DNA of 64,000 nt from Candidatus Poribacteria bacterium. GTDB taxonomy: Bacteria > Poribacteria > WGA-4E > PCPOR2b. The stretch is from assembly GCA_965218095.1 (NCBI GenBank), contig OZ244587.1, positions 6,112,001 through 6,176,000 of the forward strand, written 5' to 3'. A program made the translations under genes and the position numbers. Every line of letters begins with the position of its first letter. The first letter of the stretch is position 1. The notes beneath the pieces were generated by a model that was given only the letters and a program-made list of their open reading frames with translations, searched no databases and had not been told where the DNA came from. Positions 1 through 9,101 of the stretch are shown here, piece after piece.

Positions 1-519
1 GTATTTCGATCCGCCGTGCACCAACGATGCGCAGACAGCAACAATGGCCAAGATGCCAGCACTGACGAGGGAAAGACGAATTCGTCTTGCATCATTGGTC
101 TTCCAGGGGGAAATCAGCAGATAAGCGGCAATTGCATAAATCGCCAGCATCAGGAAGCTGTAGTTGGTTGTGGTCGCAAGCCCATAAAGGCAGGTTAGAA
201 TCACCAAACCATTCCACAGCAGTGCAAACCGACGCACAACGGCTATGTGTTGCAACGGCAAAAAGAAGATGAGAATCCCAATCAACCCTTCTACAATGAA
301 AGCATAAGTAAAGCCGGGGACTTCAGGGGGCATCAGCTTCTGATAGTGTTGAAGTGTCACTCGAAACACGAATTTGGGAATCTGCGTGACAATATCGCCC
401 GGTGATTTCAGAGATGTGGCAACAATCCAATAGATCGGGGTGAGATAGACCAGCACGGCAATTGCAATCGTGGCGAGCGCCAGGTAATGCCCAAATCCTC
501 TGCGGCCTGTATGTATCAT
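1..519 (-). CDS. Carbohydrate ABC transporter permease (MalG/UgpE-like), 3' end beyond window
   Basis: Manual translation from ATG at 519: MIHTGRRGFGHYLALATIAIAVLVYLTPIYWIVATSLKSPGDI..., open to base 1; P-x-Y-W-x3-TSLK motif typical of second sugar permeases; directly follows the permease ending at 521. Confidence 0.8.
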   Translation of the reverse strand, partial: MIHTGRRGFGHYLALATIAIAVLVYLTPIYWIVATSLKSPGDIVTQIPKFVFRVTLQHYQKLMPPEVPGFTYAFIVEGLIGILIFFLPLQHIAVVRRFALLWNGLVILTCLYGLATTTNYSFLMLAIYAIAAYLLISPWKTNDARRIRLSLVSAGILAIVAVCASLVHGGSKY

Positions 520-520
520 C

Positions 521-1426
521 TTACGCCTCTCCCCTAACTTTATTCAGATATTTGACGTAAATGTTACTCAGCGCAACGATGATGATCAGGAGAATGTAAG
601 CCATTGCACACGCCTTGCCGGTGTTATAATTCCGAAACGCGAGTTTGTAGAGGTTCATCGAAACGGTTTCTGTCGCCGTGCCGGGCCCACCTTCACGAGT
701 CAGCACATAAACAATATCGAACATCTTGAAGGCATCCATCGTGCGGAACAGGAGTGCGATCAGTAGCAGGGGGGAAACCAACGGCAGGGTGATCCAACGG
801 AACTTGAACCATTGGGAGGCGCGGTCTACATCCGCAGCTTCGTAGAGATACTTGGGGATAGCGGACAAGCCAGCCAAGGAGATCAGTATCATGAACGGCG
901 ACCACATCCACGTATCGACAATCACGACAGCGAGCATAGCAATCTTTGGGTCTGTCGTCCAGCCGATCGGTGCTCCGAGCAGCGGACTCAAGAAGTAGTT
1001 AACCAACCCCGAAGCATCGGACGCAAAAAGGAATCGCCAGAAGAGACCGACGACAACCGGCGAGAGCATCATTGGTAACAGGATCAGTGTTGTCACGAAC
1101 CCCTTATAGCGAAAGTCTCGATTGAGGAGCAACGCTAACCCGAAACCGATGATAAATTGGGTGATGACGGCGAGTACGACAAAGTAAGCGGTGGTTTGAA
1201 AATAGCCCCAGATTTCCGGATCGGTCAGTAACCGTGCATAGTTCTGGACACCGATAAACTTTGCCGGACGGTTCGGCATGGAAGCCTTATAACGATGAAA
1301 GCTCAAGTACAATGACCATAGCAGCGGGAAAATATTCATCAAGATGAGCAAGATCATGGTCGGCATGATAAACGCCATCTTGATCTGGTAGTCACTGAAA
1401 CCACGAGAAAAACGAATGGATTGCAT
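521..1426 (-). CDS. Carbohydrate ABC transporter permease (MalF/UgpA-like)
   Basis: FIGVQNY, multiple TM segments, EAA loop (LYEAADVDRAS), FKMFDIVY; ATG at 1426 preceded by GAGGGA (ORF track extends to 1447). Confidence 0.92.
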   Translation of the reverse strand: MQSIRFSRGFSDYQIKMAFIMPTMILLILMNIFPLLWSLYLSFHRYKASMPNRPAKFIGVQNYARLLTDPEIWGYFQTTAYFVVLAVITQFIIGFGLALLLNRDFRYKGFVTTLILLPMMLSPVVVGLFWRFLFASDASGLVNYFLSPLLGAPIGWTTDPKIAMLAVVIVDTWMWSPFMILISLAGLSAIPKYLYEAADVDRASQWFKFRWITLPLVSPLLLIALLFRTMDAFKMFDIVYVLTREGGPGTATETVSMNLYKLAFRNYNTGKACAMAYILLIIIVALSNIYVKYLNKVRGEA

Positions 1427-1635
1427 GTATCCCTCAACAGTAACCAAGCTATTCGTCAGGTAACGCCTCCAGTATTTCCCTCAACCGATCTTTTCCAAGC
1501 ATAGGGACAATTAACTGAATAACTCTCTCAGGGCCGCCAAAAAATTCAATCACCTCTTGGGGATCAACGCCAATTCACGACGATTCCAAAAAGACTCTTT
1601 CCCCAATTCCTTGAGCCATTACACACGGGTGAAAC

Positions 1636-1663
1636 AAAAAGGGCAGAGACACCGCTCTGCCCT
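1636..1663 (-). terminator. Intrinsic terminator/stabilising hairpin after the solute-binding protein gene
   Basis: Stem agggcagag/ctctgccct followed by a T run on the minus strand. Confidence 0.7.
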
Positions 1664-1686
1664 GGCCCATCTATGAACACTCGAAT

Positions 1687-3000
1687 CTATTCGTCGTCGT
1701 AGCCCGCCTCCTCGAAGATCTCCTCATGCTTCCGCGCGATCTCATCAAGCGCGTCTTTCGGCGATTTCGATCCGATGATTACTTGGTTCCATTTCGTTTG
1801 GCACACTTCCAAAAGTTCGGCGTACTCAGGCACCGCCCAAAAGTCGCGCAAATAAGGGAAACTTGCTGCAAAAGCCTTATTGAATGGTGTTGCATTCAGG
1901 AAGACGTCGGATTCTAAGACTTCCTTATGTGGCGTGAAGCCACCAAGCTTCGCCCATTTTTCCTGTACCGGTTTCTGCATGAACCACTTCATGTACTGTT
2001 TGGCAATCTTTTTGTTCTTGGAGTAAGAAGAAATGGACATGCCTTGACCACCAATGCTGATGGCGTGTGCCTTCGGTCCAGCAGGTCCAATGAAGAAACC
2101 GGTTTTATCGTAATATTTGGGGTTTTTATTCTGATCAACGGACCCCGCAAAGAAGGCGAAATAGTTCATCGCCATCGCCACCTTCCCCGCCTTGTATGCA
2201 TCCAAGGATTCTGCCCAGTAGTAATTCGGCGAGTCAGGTGGTGAAAACGCCTTAAGCGCCTTGTAATATGCCAATGCCTTCACAGCATCTTCGCTGTTAA
2301 TATAGCCATTGACTTTGTAGGTTTTGGCATCGCCATAAGACCCACCAAACGACCACATCACCTGCTGGAAGCCCATCGTAATGCCGTCGTATGCTTTGCT
2401 GTACCAGGGCGCAATTCCGTAGAGGACTGGCGGCCGAGTGAAGAACTCGGCGATATCGCGCAACTCCTTGTATGTCTCGGGAGGGGCTAGTTCGTAACCG
2501 TATTTGGCTTTGAATGCCGCTTTCTCCTTCGCATCCTCAAAGAGATCCGTGCGATAGAGAAAACCGTTGGCGTCCACTTCTGCAGGGAGCGCCCAATATT
2601 TTGCACTCCCTTTCGGATATTCAGCAAATGCCTCCATGGCTGTCGCGTAAATCGAACCGACATCGATATTCTTCTTGATCCAATCCGTCAACTCGACGTA
2701 GTGTCCGCCAACAGAGTTTCGGCCGAGCCACTGGCTGTCGCCGATAACGATATCGTAGCGATCACTCTTGCCAACAAACGCCGTGAAGACCTGATCTTGA
2801 AAAAAGTCCCAAGAGATCTGAACCACATCGACTTCAATTTCTGTCTCCGCTGTAAAATCCGTTGACAGTTCTTGTAGATAATTAGCAGGATCCCATTGCG
2901 CCCAGGCAATAGTTAACTTTTTTTGAGCGTATGTTGACGGTGTTAACGCGACCATCACAAAGATTGCGAGCATCGCAACATAGCACACAGATTTTTTCAT
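1687..3000 (-). CDS. Sugar ABC transporter extracellular solute-binding protein
   Basis: Signal peptide (..TYA-QKK), YRTDLF, PETYKEL, GGQGMSIS motifs of family-1 SBPs; upstream of two permeases. Confidence 0.92.
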   Translation of the reverse strand: MKKSVCYVAMLAIFVMVALTPSTYAQKKLTIAWAQWDPANYLQELSTDFTAETEIEVDVVQISWDFFQDQVFTAFVGKSDRYDIVIGDSQWLGRNSVGGHYVELTDWIKKNIDVGSIYATAMEAFAEYPKGSAKYWALPAEVDANGFLYRTDLFEDAKEKAAFKAKYGYELAPPETYKELRDIAEFFTRPPVLYGIAPWYSKAYDGITMGFQQVMWSFGGSYGDAKTYKVNGYINSEDAVKALAYYKALKAFSPPDSPNYYWAESLDAYKAGKVAMAMNYFAFFAGSVDQNKNPKYYDKTGFFIGPAGPKAHAISIGGQGMSISSYSKNKKIAKQYMKWFMQKPVQEKWAKLGGFTPHKEVLESDVFLNATPFNKAFAASFPYLRDFWAVPEYAELLEVCQTKWNQVIIGSKSPKDALDEIARKHEEIFEEAGYDDE

Positions 3001-3083
3001 AGTTTTTTTCCTTTCTCAAGTGTTTGTCAAAGCCTTACTTGACTGATGATTTGAAAGGTTTTCTCTCAAATTTTAGCTTCCTG

Positions 3084-3112
3084 ATTATAGCAGAACAGGA
3101 AAAAATTAGCAA
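3084..3112 (-). promoter_or_regulatory. sigma70-type promoter for the ABC operon
   Basis: TTGCTA-17 nt-TATAAT with TG extension on the minus strand. Confidence 0.65.
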
Positions 3113-3152
3113 GCGAAAAGAGGTTTTCGGCTTTTTTAGGTTGTCTGTTTAA

Positions 3153-3180
3153 TTGATTGTCTGTTATAATGTTTTATAAT
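3153..3180 (+). promoter_or_regulatory. sigma70-type promoter of the HTH-MTase gene, overlapped by direct repeats
   Basis: TTGATT-16 nt-TATAAT; TTGTCTGTT occurs twice and TTATAATGTTT twice within 3141-3184. Confidence 0.5.
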
Positions 3181-3212
3181 GTTTCAGTTTTAATAAACTA
3201 TATAAATGGGAA

Positions 3213-5558
3213 TTGCCGATGGAAACTAAACCTCAGTATCTAACAATCAAAGAGGCTGCTGAATTATTAGGTGTGACACCCACGACACTGCGTAACTGGG
3301 ACAAATCGGGTAAATTGATTGCTCGGCGCGACCCTGCCAATGACTATCGTTTGTATGCCATTGAAGATGTCTCAAATTTATTGGGTGAAAGGAGTGGCGT
3401 TTATCAAGTTAACTCTCCTGCTACAACAGCTATCCAGCCCCTCTTATTTCCACTGACCTCGCCTACTTCTGATGAGAAGATGCCATTAGATACACGCGCT
3501 CTACGATTGTTGGTTCGCCAAATGAGTGCTGCCTTTCGTGATTCAATGGGCGGTGGTTTGCTCGAGCGGTTTGAAGAAATTTCAAAACTATTATACTGCA
3601 AGATTTACGATGAACGCCAATCTCAAACGTCAGCAAGGTGCCAAGCACGCTTCTACCGTCAAAGTGAGGAATCTATTAATGAAACTTATCGAAAAATCAC
3701 TGTGCTTTATCATAACGCAATAAATCTCTTACCTGATGTGTTGACGACTGGCTATCGGGAATTGAGCGATGACAAAAAGGCGATTGTCCGAATTGTCGAG
3801 ATTTTACAGGAGGTCAGTCTGAGCAATATTCCCACAGATGTAAAAGGTACGGTCTATGAGGAGTTGGTCCGCAACACATTTGAGAAGTCCGACAACCAAC
3901 AGTTCTTTACACCACGCCCCGTCGTTGAATTTATGGTACAGTTTCTCAACCCTCAATATGGTCAAACACTCTGCGATCCGGCTTGTGGTAGCGGCGGCTT
4001 TCTGATAGAAGCATCGAAGCATGTTCATAGAATTCCAGGAGCACAGACACAGGTTGAGCGAAGCGAAATCCCGTATAGCGGGGAAGATAACAGGGCGTAT
4101 CTATCCAATCACATCGTTGGATTAGAGATTGATAAGCGTATGGCTTGGGTCGCCCAGATGAATTTAATCATGCACGGTGATGGGCATGGTAACACTTACC
4201 ACTTGGATGATGGAGGTTCTCTGGGGTTTTCAAATCATCTTGATACATTGGTTCAGCCGAATAACCTTGACTTGATCTTGACCAATCCGCCGTTTGGGAG
4301 CGATTTTTCTGATGCTAAACACCTTCCGAAATATCAACTTGGTCAAGGAAAATCATCCCGGCGTCGAGGAATCCTTTTCATTGAACGGTGCATTGGCTGG
4401 CTAAAACCCGGGGGGCGTTTAGGAATCGTTATTGAAGACAGTGTGTTAAATGGCGCGTCGAACGCCGATGTGCGTGATTTTATCCTCAAGCGTTGTGTAG
4501 TAGAGGCAGTTATCAGCTTGCCTGATGTAACGTTTATGCCCTACTCTAGTGCAAAAACGTCCATACTTTTCTTGCGTAAGCGACTTAATGCTCGGGGTGT
4601 ACAACCTCCAATTTTTATGGCAAACGTGGAACAGGTCGGACGAAAACCGAATGGTGACCCACTTTATACCGCAGATAGGAATGACAACGGACACCCCTTG
4701 CTACAGAATGAATTACCAAATGTCATTGATGCTTGGCAAACTTATGTCGCGGGAGGCGAAAACACAATTGCTCACTTATCACCTAAGATTTATGTTTGTC
4801 CGCCTGATCGATTCCAAGAAGGCTTCGGAATGAGGCTTGATGTTCAATTTCACCACCCCTCTCGTAAAACCGCCGAAGATACACTACATAGATCAATTTA
4901 CCCGACACCAAAGCTGGCAGAGCTAATTGTTGCACGCAACATCACCGCTGTACCAGCAACACAAGACCCGGATGAAGTTTGGCGCTATGTTGGATTGGCA
5001 AACATCACTGTCGAAACAGGTGAGTATACCGTTTCCAGCGTAATGGGAAGCCAAATCAAGAGTACAGTTCGCCTTTTTCGCCCCGGGGACATTCTGTTTT
5101 CCAAATTGCGTCCTGAACTCCGGAAATGTGCCTTAATCCGAGAAGATGAGGACGAGGGTTTTGCTTCATCTGAATGCTTAGTCTTTTGCACATTAGTGGA
5201 CGCCATCCACGATCCCCTGCTACAGAACGTAACCTGTAAGAGAAATTTCATGCGGCAACATCAGGTAGACCGTGAATATCTGGCGTTCATCCTGCGTAGC
5301 GATATCGTCTTCGGGCAATTGGTTTATCAGATTACTGGCGTTGGGCGCCCTCGGGTGAGTCAATCCGCGATACTTGGGCTACAAATTCCGTTGCCACCTC
5401 TCCCCGTGCAGCGTGAAATTGTTGCCGGATACAAAGTGGCGTGGAAACACTATCTTGAATGCCGCAATCGAAGCAAGGCGGCATTACGCGAGGGAGATGA
5501 GGCTTTGCGGACAACGTATACTCATACTTGTCAAAGACTCTGCCCGACATCAGAGTAA
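3213..5558 (+). CDS. N6-adenine DNA methyltransferase fused to an N-terminal MerR-like HTH and a C-terminal HsdS-like target recognition domain
   Basis: YLTIKEAAELLGVTPTTLRNWD..YRLY (MerR/excisionase HTH); QFFTPRPVV, DPACGSGGFL, NPPF (gamma-class MTase); GDILFSKLRPELRK..FASSE..IPLPPLPVQREIV (single TRD). Confidence 0.9.
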   Translation: MPMETKPQYLTIKEAAELLGVTPTTLRNWDKSGKLIARRDPANDYRLYAIEDVSNLLGERSGVYQVNSPATTAIQPLLFPLTSPTSDEKMPLDTRALRLLVRQMSAAFRDSMGGGLLERFEEISKLLYCKIYDERQSQTSARCQARFYRQSEESINETYRKITVLYHNAINLLPDVLTTGYRELSDDKKAIVRIVEILQEVSLSNIPTDVKGTVYEELVRNTFEKSDNQQFFTPRPVVEFMVQFLNPQYGQTLCDPACGSGGFLIEASKHVHRIPGAQTQVERSEIPYSGEDNRAYLSNHIVGLEIDKRMAWVAQMNLIMHGDGHGNTYHLDDGGSLGFSNHLDTLVQPNNLDLILTNPPFGSDFSDAKHLPKYQLGQGKSSRRRGILFIERCIGWLKPGGRLGIVIEDSVLNGASNADVRDFILKRCVVEAVISLPDVTFMPYSSAKTSILFLRKRLNARGVQPPIFMANVEQVGRKPNGDPLYTADRNDNGHPLLQNELPNVIDAWQTYVAGGENTIAHLSPKIYVCPPDRFQEGFGMRLDVQFHHPSRKTAEDTLHRSIYPTPKLAELIVARNITAVPATQDPDEVWRYVGLANITVETGEYTVSSVMGSQIKSTVRLFRPGDILFSKLRPELRKCALIREDEDEGFASSECLVFCTLVDAIHDPLLQNVTCKRNFMRQHQVDREYLAFILRSDIVFGQLVYQITGVGRPRVSQSAILGLQIPLPPLPVQREIVAGYKVAWKHYLECRNRSKAALREGDEALRTTYTHTCQRLCPTSE

Positions 5559-5567
5559 TCCGGAAAC

Positions 5568-6382
5568 TCAGGCGGGCGGCGTTCCGCTTTTGCTACGTTT
5601 ACGCTGCCGTAACCGATCTCTTGGAGAGCGTTCGTCAACTTGCTCAAGAAATTGCATAAACTCGCGCATAGTATCACTGAGTTCTTCTGAATCTTGGCGT
5701 GTTGTATGGACGATTCGCCAAAATTTACCATAGTTTCCCGGATCCGGTGCCCAGTTCCCCTTTCTCTTGCTGTACACGTATACCCGTTCGCCTTCGATTT
5801 TTCCACCGGTTATTGTTAAGCACGCATCACGCTCTTTGGCGATTTCTCCTGCCGGTAGAATGAGGTTCGCAAAGATGTGTGGATATTCTCCGACAACTTT
5901 TCCATCGTTGGAGACTAAATCCTTCCATTCCCAGCCAACTAAAAGCAAGAGATCCCTGTCGTCATCGATCCATATCGTTGGCGTACTGAAGCGTGCAGCT
6001 TGTTCGTCCGAATCTGCATCAACTTCATCTCAATCCGGAGTAGTGCTGTTAGTGCATTATCGCGTAAATAGAAGTCAGGATATTCATGAGAGGTAGCAAA
6101 GGTTAAAAAGTATTGATTGTCATATCTTTCCCCGAGCAGACGAGTCATTGCCGTACTCAGGGCATACTCAAGAATTATTCCAATTCGCGTTCGATAGCTT
6201 GACAATTGGCGCGTATCGGTTGGGAGCGGTTCAATTTGACGTAGTAACTTGGCAAGGCGCTTGGGCGAGAAGTTGGTGTTGACTTCCACAACCGCTTCGG
6301 CAAGCAACTGATTAAAATAATCTGAAATGCGGTAAATATTCCAATTTTCTTGTGAAAACAGTTCTGGTAGTGTCATAGTCAT
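5568..6382 (-). pseudogene. Probable PD-(D/E)xK restriction endonuclease split by a frameshift near 6022
   Basis: ORF 5939-6382 has YPDFYL..RIEMK; the reading continues in another frame as VDADSDEQAARFSTPTIWIDDDRDLLLLVGWEWKD into ORF 5568-5948; convergent with the MTase. Confidence 0.65.
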
Positions 6383-6484
6383 TCCTACGGAATGCTAAAA
6401 TCATCAGGATTTGTCCTGAAGCTGAAACACGGTTTACCCATACACCGTCTGAATCAACACCCAGATATATCCGATTGCGTCTGT

Positions 6485-7648
6485 CTACCCCTTCGGGTTT
6501 AACAGACCGCTATAAAGGGCCTCCGTCAACCTTGCATTTAGTTTGGCGCTGAAAAGTTGCGCTACCCTTGCACGCCCAGCGTTTCCCATTCGGCGCCGCT
6601 GCTCTGCATCTATGGCAAGTTGCACAATTGCCTCGGCGAAAGCTTCGGGATTTTCAGGGGAAATCAAAATGCCTGTTTCCGGCGTGACCAACTCTTTGGT
6701 CCCACCCAGTGGTGTGGCGACAATTGGCTTACCCGCTGCCATTGCCTCAATGACTGTGCGAGGGCAGGCTTCAGGGATGGTTGAAGCAAGCAAGGCAATA
6801 TCAAGGAGGGATATAACCGCTCGGATGTCTTCCAGAAAGCCAGTGAAGATAACGCGATCAGCAATCCCCAATTTCTTCGCCTGCGCCTTCAGAGAATCGA
6901 GATATTCCGCATCTTGGGGAAAGTAGGGACCGCCTACGACAAGCAGTTTAACCCGTGGTAAGTCTTTGAGCTTCGCCATCGCCTCGATCAGCAGGTGAAT
7001 TCCCTTCTCCGGGGTGATGCGCGTCGCAACCCCGACCAATAACGCATCACGGTTGAGGTTCAAATCCGCCCGAATCGCCTCTACTTCTTGCGGCGACGCT
7101 CGAAGGGACGCCAGTTCGACGCCGTTATAAATCAGTGTCTGCTTCGATTTCGGCGCAAAATCCCACCGCGTCGCTTCCGAAACCAGAATCACGCGATCTA
7201 ACAACTTCTCACAGATCCGATCCAAAATCCCATATGACGTCGCGTAACGTTTGTGCATGATGATTGGGACACCGCTGAACCTGGCGGCAACCCCACCGAT
7301 TAATCCAGCAGCCAAAGAATTGGCATGGATTAGATCGATTCGATGTTCTCTCAGTACACGCAAAAGCTGAAATATCACATTAAGCTGCCGCAGGTTACGC
7401 CCGAGATCAGCGAATGTAAAACGACGGACTTTATCCTGCTTGTCGTGCTGTTCCGGGAGGTCTAGTGGGATGACCGTATGCCCTGCCTTCCACGCCTTTG
7501 CTGCTAGCATGCTATCCCCCAAACACCCAACGAATGGACGAAATCGGGTCGAATCCAGATGCTTGAGCAATAACAGCAAGCTCCGTTGCCCGCCGCCAAT
7601 GCCACTCCCGCTATCAAGGTACAAAATATCGTGTCGCCTGGATTTCAT
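6485..7648 (-). CDS. Glycosyltransferase family 4
   Basis: GGGQRS, IYNGV, RITPEKG, EACPRTVIEAMAAGKPIV. Confidence 0.93.
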   Translation of the reverse strand: MKSRRHDILYLDSGSGIGGGQRSLLLLLKHLDSTRFRPFVGCLGDSMLAAKAWKAGHTVIPLDLPEQHDKQDKVRRFTFADLGRNLRQLNVIFQLLRVLREHRIDLIHANSLAAGLIGGVAARFSGVPIIMHKRYATSYGILDRICEKLLDRVILVSEATRWDFAPKSKQTLIYNGVELASLRASPQEVEAIRADLNLNRDALLVGVATRITPEKGIHLLIEAMAKLKDLPRVKLLVVGGPYFPQDAEYLDSLKAQAKKLGIADRVIFTGFLEDIRAVISLLDIALLASTIPEACPRTVIEAMAAGKPIVATPLGGTKELVTPETGILISPENPEAFAEAIVQLAIDAEQRRRMGNAGRARVAQLFSAKLNARLTEALYSGLLNPKG

Positions 7649-7652
7649 CTCC

Positions 7653-8099
7653 CTAATCTTTCGTCGTATCGTTACTAATAACGGTCACTTCGATTGTGCG
7701 CATGAACTCATCCTCTCCAGTGATTCTGATCTGGATGTAGTTTTCAGGAAGCAGTTGCTGCATCCGATTGCCCCATTCGATGACGCAGATGCCATCTCCC
7801 TCTAAATATTCCTCCAAACCGAGGCCCACGATCTCTTTTAGATGCTGGAGACGATAGAGGTCGATATGGTAGATCGGCATCTTGCCTTTATATTCGTTGA
7901 TGAGAATGTACGAAGGGCTATTGACGGTCTCGTGCGGGTGGATGCCAGCGCCACGAGCGATGCCCTGCGTCAGGCAGGTTTTGCCCACCCCGAGCTCGCC
8001 GATAAGCGCGACGACATCACCGGGTTTAAGCTGCCGCCCGATCCGCACACCGACTTCTTGAGTTTCTTCGGGGCTGTGTGTATAAAACGTCTTGGTCAT
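7653..8099 (-). CDS. tsaE: tRNA threonylcarbamoyladenosine biosynthesis ATPase TsaE
   Basis: GELGVGKT, VNSPSYILINEY, HIDLYRL, IEW. Confidence 0.95.
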   Translation of the reverse strand: MTKTFYTHSPEETQEVGVRIGRQLKPGDVVALIGELGVGKTCLTQGIARGAGIHPHETVNSPSYILINEYKGKMPIYHIDLYRLQHLKEIVGLGLEEYLEGDGICVIEWGNRMQQLLPENYIQIRITGEDEFMRTIEVTVISNDTTKD

Positions 8100-8309
8100 A
8101 CAATTATACTCATGGAGGTTGCAACTTGAGGTTTCAGTCCGCGCCGTCCAGATTGGAAGGAATGGAAGGAAGATTTCATCCTTTTCTTCTGAGTCACTAT
8201 CGATCTGAATTTGGACAATGTGTATTGGCTGTACAGGCCATTTTCCTCAGAGGATCTGAATTCGTTGATGGTAGGTCGAAACCTTCATTCTGGAAACGCC
8301 TCATTGGCT

Positions 8310-8728
8310 TCAGGCGTAACTGGCAGAACATTGACTGCAATTTTCTCCCAAGCTGTGTAATTCTATCACTGAATCATTTACCTTGCTTGACAATAAAGCT
8401 TCTCCAGCCTTGGCGGTTGTAAATTCCAGTTCGCGTAGGCGGTGTTGGCTTGCGAATTCCAGTTGCTTGTTGAAAATCTCCCCTGCGTCCTCTATAATTC
8501 TTGTCAGGTTAAGATTATAGTTCTTTCGTAGAGTTGGAACAATCCGCTCGCTAATAACATAATCAACAACATCTCCCCGCCATACAGCAATGCTCTTAAG
8601 CTTGGACAGCAAAAAAGTTCCCGCCGCAACGGATCCTTTTTTGCTTTGGCGTTCGCCATACAGGTCTTGAAGTACCATTTCCGCTGACACGTCCTGAACA
8701 TCCGGATGCCATAAAATGACCAAATCAT
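8310..8728 (-). pseudogene. Degraded gene, probably the N-terminus of a PD-(D/E)xK (AddB/RecB-like) nuclease family protein
   Basis: MIWSFYGIRMFRTCQRKWYF (WS..F..C.R..YF motif); frameshift in a T6 run near 8612 continues as LLSKLKSIAVWRGDVVDYVI; catalytic region not found. Confidence 0.5.
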
Positions 8729-9088
8729 TACTGTCCTCCCCGCTTGCGCCTCGACCGTAAAAAGTCGAGATACTCAATGAGATTTTTCCTCCTCCTCTTC
8801 CGTAACTAGACCGATGCGGGAAGCAAATTCGGCATTACTCAAGGCATTGGGAGAGAGATCTGGTACCGGGTAGTTAGCGAGTTTCAGAAGGACCACATAA
8901 GAGACTTCATACAGTTCGCTTAACTTGTACAGCATCACTAGTGATGGTTGCTGAATCTTGCCGCCTTCCAACTGGCTCAAATACGCATTTGAGATGCCGG
9001 TGGTTCTTTCTACAGCACGCAGTGCTAGACCTTTTTGCTCACGAGTTGCTTTTAAGAATTCACCAAGGTTATTGGTTTTGTGGTTCAT
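8728..9088 (-). pseudogene. XRE-family HTH regulator with a frameshift near its 3' end
   Basis: LGEFLKATREQKGLALRAVERTTGISNAYLSQLEGG; removing one A from the A5 run near 8785 gives ..ENLIEYLDFLRSRRKRGGQ* with TAATG coupling to the next gene; as read, ORF stops at 8774. Confidence 0.7.
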
Positions 9089-9101
9089 GTTGCTAATTAT
9101 G

